Translations under genes and position numbers: made by a program
Origin: Lacibacter sp.
GTDB lineage: Bacteria > Bacteroidota > Bacteroidia > Chitinophagales > Chitinophagaceae
Assembly (NCBI GenBank): GCA_049240625.1
Contig: JBMLSG010000004.1
Location: forward strand, 41,351-105,350
Length of the DNA: 64,000 bases
Direction of reading: 5' to 3'
Notes under the pieces: generated by a model
Told to the model about the DNA's origin: nothing
Databases searched by the model: none
The model's input: only the letters and a program-made list of their open reading frames with translations
Part shown: positions 10,069-18,065 of the stretch, one piece after another
Numbering within the stretch: position 1 is the first letter of the stretch
Layout of the letters: every line of letters begins with the position of its first letter

Positions 10069-11165
10069 GTTACAGATACATCATAGCAGGTGGTGGAACA
10101 GGAGGACATATCTTCCCTGCCATTGCTATTGCCAATGCATTAACACTTCAGGATCCCGGATGTGCGATTTTGTTTGTTGGGGCAAAAGGGAAAATGGAAA
10201 TGGAAAAAGTGCCTTCAGCAGGTTATGCTATTGAGGGATTAGATATTGCAGGGTTTAACAGGAGCTCTTTGTTTAAGAATGTTACACTTCCGTTCAAATT
10301 GGTCAAAAGTTTTTTTCAGGTTCGGAAAATTATAAGTGCGTTTAAGCCGGATGCAGTTATTGGAGTTGGTGGTTATTCCAGTTTTCCCGTTCTACGAGTG
10401 GCTCAGGCGAAAGGAATTCCAACTTTTATCCACGAGGCCAATTCTTTTGCCGGAAAATCCAATCAACTGCTTTCGAAAAAGGCAAGCATTGTCTTTACCG
10501 CAATCGATGGAATGGAGAACTATTTTCCAAAAGACCGAATTGTGATTTCCGGAAATCCTGTTCGGAAGTCAATTGTTGAAGCACGTGTGACGCGTGAAGA
10601 AGGTATACGTTTTTTTGGTTTGAATCCGGATTGTACAACGGTATTGGTTGTTGGAGGTAGTTTGGGTGCACAGCGTGTGAATCAAGCCATTCAAAATGGT
10701 TTGGCTGAGTTGGAACGAAACGGAATCCAGTTGATCTGGCAAACCGGAAGGCCTTTTGCTGATCAGGCAAAAAAACAGGCGCAGGGGAAACGCAATGTAT
10801 GGACCGGAGATTTCATTGCACAGATGGAATATGCTTATGCAGCTGCAGATCTGGTTGTTTCAAGAGCAGGAGCTATGGCGATTGCAGAATTGTGTGTAAC
10901 AGGTAAGCCAACGCTGTTTGTTCCTTATCCTTATGCGGCCGAAGATCATCAAACCGTGAATGCTATGCGGTTGGTTGAGAAACATGCCGGTTTGATTGTT
11001 AAGGATGAAGAGGTTGAGGCAAAGCTCATTCCTGCAATTTTGGATTTGGCGATGAACCGGGAGCAACAGGCAGTATTACAGGGAAACATTTTGAAACTGG
11101 CCATCAAAAATGCGGATGTGATTGTTGCCCAAAAAATTATGGAACAGTTAAAAGGAATTAAATAA
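10065..11165 (+). CDS. murG: Undecaprenyldiphospho-MurNAc-pentapeptide GlcNAc transferase MurG
   Basis: GGGTGGHIFP, HEAN, GNPVR, GGSLGA and RAGA motifs. Confidence 0.98.
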   Translation: MSYRYIIAGGGTGGHIFPAIAIANALTLQDPGCAILFVGAKGKMEMEKVPSAGYAIEGLDIAGFNRSSLFKNVTLPFKLVKSFFQVRKIISAFKPDAVIGVGGYSSFPVLRVAQAKGIPTFIHEANSFAGKSNQLLSKKASIVFTAIDGMENYFPKDRIVISGNPVRKSIVEARVTREEGIRFFGLNPDCTTVLVVGGSLGAQRVNQAIQNGLAELERNGIQLIWQTGRPFADQAKKQAQGKRNVWTGDFIAQMEYAYAAADLVVSRAGAMAIAELCVTGKPTLFVPYPYAAEDHQTVNAMRLVEKHAGLIVKDEEVEAKLIPAILDLAMNREQQAVLQGNILKLAIKNADVIVAQKIMEQLKGIK

Positions 11166-11187
11166 AGGTGTTTAAGTAGAATTTGAA

Positions 11188-12603
11188 ATGATGATTACGC
11201 TTAACGATATCAAGGCTGTTTATTTTATTGGAATTGGTGGTATAGGCATGAGTGCACTTGCCCGTTTTTTCAATGAAAAGGGTGTTCGTGTGAGTGGATA
11301 CGATAAAACTCAAACGGCTCTAACGATGCAGTTGGAGCAGGAAGGACTTTCAATTGATTACGTGGATGATGTTACACATGTGCCCAAAGATGTTCAATTG
11401 GTTGTTTATACACCGGCCATTCCCAAAGACCACAAAGGCTATCAATATTATTTATCGAATGGTTTTCGTGTTGTAAAACGGAGTGATGTGCTGCAAATTA
11501 TAACACAGGATACATTCAATATTTGTGTTTCCGGAACGCACGGAAAAACAACTATCAGTTCCATGGTTGGATATCTTTTACGTCACAGTGGTTTTGGGTG
11601 CAATGCTTTTTTAGGTGGTATTTCTGTTAACTATAATCGTAATTTTTGGGCGCAGGAGCAGTCTTCAACACATAAAGATCAGGTATGTGTAGTCGAAGCA
11701 GATGAATATGATCGTTCGTTTCACAAGTTGAGTCCGGATATAGCTGTACTTTCTTCAATGGACCCGGACCACCTCGATATTTATGGAACTCCCGAGGCAA
11801 TGGAAGATGCATTTATTGAGTTTACGGGAAAAATTAAATCCGGTGGCTGGCTGATACATAAATACGGACTTTCCCGTTCCGGTGAATTAAAGGGAACGCA
11901 TCGGTTAACATACAGCCTGAGTAATGCCTCATCGAATTTTTACACCGAGAACTTAAGGGTTGAAAGCGGTACTTATTTTTTTGATGTTCAATTTCAATCC
12001 GGAACTGATAATTGGAGATTGAGTGATGTTCACTTGCAGGTTGGAGGATTGCACAATGTAGAAAATGCAGTTGCTGCAATTGCTGTAGCCCGAATTTTAA
12101 AAATTGATGATGAAAAGATCAAAGCCGCGTTGAAAGATTTTAAAGGTGTGAAACGCAGATTTGAGTATGTAATCAATCCGGCACCGAATTCAGTTACGCT
12201 TATAGATGATTATGCTCATCATCCTGCCGAATTGAAAGCGCTTATTTCAGGAGCAAGGAGTTTGTTTGGAAAGCAAAAGTTGATACTGGCCTTTCAGCCG
12301 CACCTTTTTTCACGTACCAAAGATCTGGCTGATGCTTTTGCTGAAAGTCTTGATGCTGCAGATGAAGTGTTGTTGTTACCAATTTATCCTGCAAGAGAAC
12401 TTCCGATGGAAGGTGTTACGAGCGAATTGATTTTTAATAAAATGAACTTAAAACAGAAGCAGTTGGTTACGCGTGAGACATTGCTGCATTATGCCGCAAC
12501 GCTTCAGAGAAACGAACCCAAGCCATTTGTTTTTATCACAGCGGGTGCCGGTGACATCGATTCACTGTTGTCGCAATTAAAAGAAAAATTAACTGGAGCA
12601 TGA
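11188..12603 (+). CDS. murC: UDP-MurNAc--L-alanine ligase MurC
   Basis: GIGGIGMSALA, GTHGKTT, EADEYDRSF, DDYAHHP and FQPHLFSRT motifs. Confidence 0.97.
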   Translation: MMITLNDIKAVYFIGIGGIGMSALARFFNEKGVRVSGYDKTQTALTMQLEQEGLSIDYVDDVTHVPKDVQLVVYTPAIPKDHKGYQYYLSNGFRVVKRSDVLQIITQDTFNICVSGTHGKTTISSMVGYLLRHSGFGCNAFLGGISVNYNRNFWAQEQSSTHKDQVCVVEADEYDRSFHKLSPDIAVLSSMDPDHLDIYGTPEAMEDAFIEFTGKIKSGGWLIHKYGLSRSGELKGTHRLTYSLSNASSNFYTENLRVESGTYFFDVQFQSGTDNWRLSDVHLQVGGLHNVENAVAAIAVARILKIDDEKIKAALKDFKGVKRRFEYVINPAPNSVTLIDDYAHHPAELKALISGARSLFGKQKLILAFQPHLFSRTKDLADAFAESLDAADEVLLLPIYPARELPMEGVTSELIFNKMNLKQKQLVTRETLLHYAATLQRNEPKPFVFITAGAGDIDSLLSQLKEKLTGA

Positions 12604-13763
12604 AAGGCGAAACAAAAATATGGAAGCGGGTGCTGTTCATGACAGTCTGGTCTCTGGTAGCTTCGGGCGTACTTGTTTTGCTGATAGCAGCTGTCAGAAA
12701 GCAATCCGAACAGCTGTGTAAGGATGTCGTAATTACAATTAAAGGTGTTGATGGCGTTGAGTATGTCAGTAAAAAACAAATTCTGTCAAAAATATCCGGT
12801 GGCAAACCGGAGTCTTTGATTGGTTCCAGAGTTCGGTCGTTTCAATTGAATAAAATCGAAGAACAACTGGAACAACATTTATGGATCAGAAAAGCAGAAT
12901 TGTTCTTTGATAATAAGGAAGTCTTACATGTCGAAATTACCGAGCGACAACCCGTAGCTCGTGTGTTTAGCATAAACGGGGAGTCGTTTTATGTAGATGA
13001 GATGGGGGAGATCTTGCCGATCAATACCGATCAGGTTGCTCGTGTACCGGTATTTACTTCATTCCCTTTACTCTCGATGCCGTTTCACGAAAAAGACAGT
13101 TTGCTGTTGCTGGATATACGAGAAATGGGTCGCTACCTGATGAAACATGATTTTTGGATGGCACAAATTGAACAAGTCAATATTTCAAATTATGAAATGG
13201 AACTGATTCCGAAATTAGGTCGGCATACGATTTTATTTGGGAATGGTGCCATGTTGGAACAAAAATTCAATCGTTTGCTTTTGTTTTATAAGAAAGTAAT
13301 GACAAAGACCGGTTGGGGCTATTACAATTTGTTGGATGTGCGTTACAGCAAGCAATTGGTTGCAGCGAAAAATGACAGTACTACATTATTGGAAAGCTAT
13401 GTTTTGCCTAAGGATACCATCAAAATAAATCCTGCCATCAATTTGAATCATTTGCCACAAGATTCAGGATGGAAGAAACCTATTACCGACGATACAGTAG
13501 CATCTGTGCTTACCTCTGAACCAGTAAATGTTCGTCCAAAAGGGGGTGTTGCCACAGTAAAAACCAAAACTGCAGCAAGCGTTCCCGGAAGCAAGGTGAA
13601 CAATCCCAACCCTTCCAAAACAAGTTCAGGTGCTACTGGTAAGTCGGTTCAATCTTCAAGCAACGATGAAGATCGCGTGTTAAGGGAGGCAAGACAAAGT
13701 AATGAGCAGAAAAAACAGAGTACAAAGCCTAAAGCTGTCATGCAAAAAAACAATCAACCATAA
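12600..13763 (+). CDS. ftsQ: Cell division protein FtsQ/DivIB with long low-complexity C-terminal tail
   Basis: N-terminal TM helix, POTRA-like region, ERQPVAR and LDVRYSKQLV motifs; lies between murC and ftsA. Confidence 0.85.
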   Translation: MKGETKIWKRVLFMTVWSLVASGVLVLLIAAVRKQSEQLCKDVVITIKGVDGVEYVSKKQILSKISGGKPESLIGSRVRSFQLNKIEEQLEQHLWIRKAELFFDNKEVLHVEITERQPVARVFSINGESFYVDEMGEILPINTDQVARVPVFTSFPLLSMPFHEKDSLLLLDIREMGRYLMKHDFWMAQIEQVNISNYEMELIPKLGRHTILFGNGAMLEQKFNRLLLFYKKVMTKTGWGYYNLLDVRYSKQLVAAKNDSTTLLESYVLPKDTIKINPAINLNHLPQDSGWKKPITDDTVASVLTSEPVNVRPKGGVATVKTKTAASVPGSKVNNPNPSKTSSGATGKSVQSSSNDEDRVLREARQSNEQKKQSTKPKAVMQKNNQP

Positions 13764-13798
13764 TCAGAAAATTATTACACAACAAACAACATAAAGCT

Positions 13799-15226
13799 AT
13801 GATCACAGAAACAATGAACAACAAAACGGAGGTAGAAATTCCCGTCAGCGAGCCTCAAGTTTCCAAGAACTCAAATCCAATCATTGTGGGCTTGGATATT
13901 GGAACGACCAAAATTGCTGCCATTGCCGGAAGAAAAAATGAGTTTGGAAAACTCGAAATTCTCGGATTCGGACGTGCCAATTCAAGTGGTGTGCAACATG
14001 GAATGGTGTTAAATATCGACCAAACCATTAAAGCGATTGAGCAGGCGCTTCAAAATTGTTATGCCAGCAATCCGAATCTTGAAATCAATGAGGTTTACGT
14101 TGGCATTGCAGGGCATCATATCAAATCATTGCAAACACGCGGCGACATCGTTCGTCAAAACAATGAGGATGAAATTTCTCAACGTGAAATCGATCAGTTA
14201 ATTGGAGATCAGTTTAAAACATACATTCCGGCAGGTGATCAAATCATTGATGTGATTCCACAGGAGTTCACGGTTGATAATTTTCATAATATTCCAAATC
14301 CCATTGGTTATAGTGGAGTTAAGGTAGGGGCCAACTTCCACATCATTACCGGTGACAAAAATGCGATTCGCAACATCAACAGAAGTGTTGAGAAAAGCAA
14401 ACTGAAGGTTAAAGACCTTGTGTTGCAACCCTTGGCTTCTGCTGCAGCCGTCATGTGTGAGCATGATCTGGAAGCAGGCGTAGCCATTGTGGATATTGGC
14501 GGTGGTACAACCGATCTGGCTGTGTTTTACGAAGGGATTTTAAAGCATACGGCTGTAATACCATTTGGAGGTGAAAATATTACCAATGACATTAAAATGG
14601 GGTTGGGTGTATTAAGAACTCAGGCAGAGCAAATGAAAGTGCAATTTGGAAGCGCATTGTCTGATGAAGCTAAGTCTAATGCATTCATTACGATACCGGG
14701 TATACGTGGTATGCAGCCCAAAGAGATCAGTGTAAAAAATCTTGCTAACATCATCCAGGCTCGTATGAGTGAGATTATGGATTTCGTGAGCTATCATCTG
14801 AAACAGGTTGGACTCGACAACCGGATGCTCAATGGTGGTATTATTCTAACAGGTGGCGGATCGCAGTTGAAACATTTGATTCAATTGACCGAATATGTTA
14901 CAGGCCTCAACGCACGCATTGGATTCCCGAATGAACATTTGTCGTCAGGTCATATTGATGAATTAGCCAAACCCATGTATTCAACGTGTATCGGTTTGAT
15001 CTTGAAGGGTTACAATGTTTATGAGAACTCTCAAAATAAATTCAGGACCGTCGAAATTCCAGAGCCAATTGTGTCTCCAGAACCGGTGTTTGGAATTGAT
15101 GATGAAGAACCGAAATTCATTCCGGTAAAAACGAACAGCAGGAAAAATCTGAAAGGCTTCTTGGATAGTTTTAAAACCGGATTGATTGATTTGTTTAAAG
15201 AAGAAGAAGATCGAAAATTTAATTGA
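13799..15226 (+). CDS. ftsA: Cell division protein FtsA
   Basis: GLDIGTTKI, VDIGGGTTD and LTGGGSQL motifs. An alternative ATG lies at 13814. Confidence 0.97.
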   Translation: MITETMNNKTEVEIPVSEPQVSKNSNPIIVGLDIGTTKIAAIAGRKNEFGKLEILGFGRANSSGVQHGMVLNIDQTIKAIEQALQNCYASNPNLEINEVYVGIAGHHIKSLQTRGDIVRQNNEDEISQREIDQLIGDQFKTYIPAGDQIIDVIPQEFTVDNFHNIPNPIGYSGVKVGANFHIITGDKNAIRNINRSVEKSKLKVKDLVLQPLASAAAVMCEHDLEAGVAIVDIGGGTTDLAVFYEGILKHTAVIPFGGENITNDIKMGLGVLRTQAEQMKVQFGSALSDEAKSNAFITIPGIRGMQPKEISVKNLANIIQARMSEIMDFVSYHLKQVGLDNRMLNGGIILTGGGSQLKHLIQLTEYVTGLNARIGFPNEHLSSGHIDELAKPMYSTCIGLILKGYNVYENSQNKFRTVEIPEPIVSPEPVFGIDDEEPKFIPVKTNSRKNLKGFLDSFKTGLIDLFKEEEDRKFN

Positions 15227-15292
15227 TTGAACTCTAGATGTTCATTCCAAAGATCAAACTAACTATCTCATTAATTTATAACCCATACGATT

Positions 15293-17089
15293 ATGATACA
15301 TTTCGATTTGCCAAAAGAAAAATCTTCAATCATTAAAGTAATTGGCGTTGGTGGCGGCGGAAGCAATGCCGTTAACCACATGCACGCACAAGTGATTGAT
15401 GGTGTCAATTTTATTATATGCAATACGGATGCACAAGCAATTGCACAAAGTGCTGTTCCAAACAAAGTACAGTTAGGTCCACATCTTACTCAAGGTTTGG
15501 GCGCCGGTGCCAATCCCGAAATTGGTCGTCAGGCTACTGAAGAAAGTCTGGAGGAAATCCGCCGCATCCTGGAGGTGAATACCAAAATGGCATTTATCAC
15601 TGCGGGCATGGGTGGTGGTACCGGAACCGGTGGTGCGCCCATTATTGCAAAGATTTGCCGGGATCTGGGTGTTCTAACCGTGGGAATTGTTACAACGCCA
15701 TTTGGTTATGAGGGGAAAAGGCGTATTCAGCAAGCCGAAGACGGTATTTCAAAACTTCGGGAATATGTCGATACGTTACTGGTAATCAGCAATGATAAGT
15801 TGCGTCATCAATTCGGGAATCTTAAGATGAAAGAAGCTTTTTCAAAGGCTGATAACGTCCTCGCTACGGCAGCAAAATGTATTACCGATGTAATTAATAC
15901 TACCGGACAAATCAATGTTGACTTTGCGGATGTGTGCACGGTCATGAAAAACGGAGGCGTAGCAATTCTTGGCAATGCAAGCGCAAGTGGTGAAAACAGA
16001 GCGCAACGTGCCATTGAAGAGGCGTTGAACTCTCCGCTTTTGAACGACAATGATATTCGTGGAGCGAAGTGGATCTTGATTAACATCAATTCGGCTGAGG
16101 GTGAACATGAGTTTACAATGGATGAAGTTGAAACCATTCAAAATTATCTCATTCAGCAGGCAGGTGAAGGATCCGATGTGATTTTGGGTATGGGCTATGA
16201 TAATACATTGCAGGATCAAATCAGTATCACATTAATCGCCACAGGATTTGAGCAAAAAAATCCTTTTGATAAAAAACCTGATGTTCAGGTAGCAGCGCAG
16301 CCAAAAGAAGAGAAAATTGTAATGGTCTTAGGCGAACAGCCGGAAGAAAAAGCAGCGGTAAAACAAACGGTATTATTTACGGAGCCGGTAGCAGATCCTG
16401 TTGCCCCTCAGTTGATCGTTCCGCAGGTTGAAGAACCTGTTGTACGTCCTGTTGAAGCTGTTGAAACGGTGAGGATTGATTGGGTGCTTAGTCCCGAATC
16501 GTCATCAACACCGGAGCTGTCCGATGAGCCAAAGGCTCCATCTGCTGAACTGCCGGTTGCAGATAAAGGGATCAGCACAACGGTTGTGAGCGGCGGATAT
16601 CTTGAACGTCCTGCTAATATTTATGTTGTGTCAGGCGAGTCGAAACCTGTTCCTGAAATGAAAACGGAAGAGTCTGCTCCGGTCGTTCCAAGTTTGAACA
16701 TTGTTCAGGAAGCCGAAGAATCTTTTGAAATGCAACTGATCGAAAAGAGCGAGTCTGCGGAACAAAAAGAACAGGATGTAACTCCGGATTTGAAATTTCA
16801 GGTTTCCATGAACGAAAACAATCCGATTGCAGATGAGGCAGAAGAACAACGCCGTAAAGCAGCCGATCGTTTACAAAAACTCAGAAATCTCTCGTTTAAC
16901 ATACATGGCTCCGATTCAAACAATGAGTTTGATTCTGTTCCTGCTTATCTGAGACGGAATCTGGAGCTGTATAACACGATTTCGCCTGCCGAGAACTTTT
17001 ATAGTAACTACACTGTTCATAATGATGAAAACAATCAAGGGCCAATCAGCACAATCAATACCTATCTCGATGGGAAAAAGCCCGATTGA
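15293..17089 (+). CDS. ftsZ: Cell division GTPase FtsZ (long acidic linker)
   Basis: GVGGGGSNAV, tubulin signature GMGGGTGTG, NVDFADV and C-terminal VPAYLRR. Confidence 0.98.
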   Translation: MIHFDLPKEKSSIIKVIGVGGGGSNAVNHMHAQVIDGVNFIICNTDAQAIAQSAVPNKVQLGPHLTQGLGAGANPEIGRQATEESLEEIRRILEVNTKMAFITAGMGGGTGTGGAPIIAKICRDLGVLTVGIVTTPFGYEGKRRIQQAEDGISKLREYVDTLLVISNDKLRHQFGNLKMKEAFSKADNVLATAAKCITDVINTTGQINVDFADVCTVMKNGGVAILGNASASGENRAQRAIEEALNSPLLNDNDIRGAKWILININSAEGEHEFTMDEVETIQNYLIQQAGEGSDVILGMGYDNTLQDQISITLIATGFEQKNPFDKKPDVQVAAQPKEEKIVMVLGEQPEEKAAVKQTVLFTEPVADPVAPQLIVPQVEEPVVRPVEAVETVRIDWVLSPESSSTPELSDEPKAPSAELPVADKGISTTVVSGGYLERPANIYVVSGESKPVPEMKTEESAPVVPSLNIVQEAEESFEMQLIEKSESAEQKEQDVTPDLKFQVSMNENNPIADEAEEQRRKAADRLQKLRNLSFNIHGSDSNNEFDSVPAYLRRNLELYNTISPAENFYSNYTVHNDENNQGPISTINTYLDGKKPD

Positions 17090-17143
17090 TATTTACCTAT
17101 AAGAGTGTCTTTTGTTGTAGATCTGTTATGTTTATGTTGTGTC

Positions 17144-17174
17144 AAGTCCCCCGGAAACGGGGGACTTATTATTT
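17144..17174 (+). terminator. Terminator of the dcw cluster
   Basis: aagtcccccg-gaaa-cgggggactt: perfect 10-bp stem with GAAA loop, then an AT-rich tail. Confidence 0.75.
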
Positions 17175-17204
17175 AAAAAAAATCCCCCGTTGTGAAACAG
17201 GGGA
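17175..17204 (-). terminator. Terminator of the ECF sigma gene
   Basis: tcccc(c)gtt-gtga-aac(a)gggga hairpin preceded by A8 on + (U8 after it on -). Confidence 0.7.
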
Positions 17205-17229
17205 CAATAGGTTTTCGCCGGGAACTGAA

Positions 17230-17811
17230 TTAGAGGTTGATCTGTTTTTCCGTCATCATTTTTCGCATGTTGATCAATCCATAGCGCATTCTGCCCAAAG
17301 CGGTGTTGATGCTGCAATGCGTGAGCGATGCAATTTCTTTGAAACTTAAGTCGGCATAATGGCGTAAAACAATCACCTCCCTTTGTTCTTCAGGAAGCAG
17401 GTCCAGCATTTGCCGGATGCGTTCGTAACTCTGGTTTTTCATGATTTTTTGTTCCGCTGTATCGTCGCTGAAATTAATTAATTCAAAAATATCGTGGTTG
17501 TCGCTGGTCTTAATAGCCGGATTTCGTTTGACTTTTCTAAAATGATCAACGCATAAATTGTGAGCAATGCGCATTGCCCAGGGCAGAAATTTACCTTCTT
17601 CGGTGTAGCGATTACTGCGGAGGGTGTCAATCACGCGTATAAATACTTCCTGAAACAAATCCTCTGCAAGGTATTTGTCCTTGACCAGTAAAAAAATGGA
17701 GGTATACAGCTTGTCTTTATGGCGTAATACTAAAGTTTCCAAAGCTTCGGTATTGCCATCTTTGAACAGATGAATTAATTGCTGGTCAGTAAAATCTTGA
17801 TATATACGCAT
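17230..17811 (-). CDS. ECF-type RNA polymerase sigma-70 factor
   Basis: Region 2 (AEDLFQEVF, WAMRIAHNLCVDHFRK) and region 4 (LPEEQREVIVLR, SFKEIA, TALGRMRY). Confidence 0.93.
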   Translation of the reverse strand: MRIYQDFTDQQLIHLFKDGNTEALETLVLRHKDKLYTSIFLLVKDKYLAEDLFQEVFIRVIDTLRSNRYTEEGKFLPWAMRIAHNLCVDHFRKVKRNPAIKTSDNHDIFELINFSDDTAEQKIMKNQSYERIRQMLDLLPEEQREVIVLRHYADLSFKEIASLTHCSINTALGRMRYGLINMRKMMTEKQINL

Positions 17812-18052
17812 ACCATACTACTTTAAGGTTTTCCAATAAGAGGATCAGCGATCAGCGCTGATAGATTTAAGTAGAAATGGTTGCGATAGGCAGAATGGTT
17901 TGATAGATTAAAAATTCGTTTTAAAAATAAATGTAAATTTTGATAAAACCAATTCCGTTTTTAAAAATTAACGAATTACACTTAGCGGAGTTTCTTGTTC
18001 CATTCCATTGCTTCTTTATCGTATTGATTCACAGGATTTAGGCGAATCGGTC

Positions 18053-18060
18053 TAAATTTG
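18053..18060 (+). promoter_or_regulatory. Bacteroidota -7 promoter element of the UvrA paralogue
   Basis: TAAATTTG matches TAnnTTTG, 5 nt before the ATG. Confidence 0.65.
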
Positions 18061-18065
18061 TCCTT

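Noticed and set aside
4456-13763. murF, murB and ddl missing from the dcw cluster
   Set aside because: This is the usual Bacteroidota arrangement; the genes normally lie elsewhere.
15293-17089. Unusually long 598-aa FtsZ
   Set aside because: Long acidic linkers are normal for Bacteroidota FtsZ.
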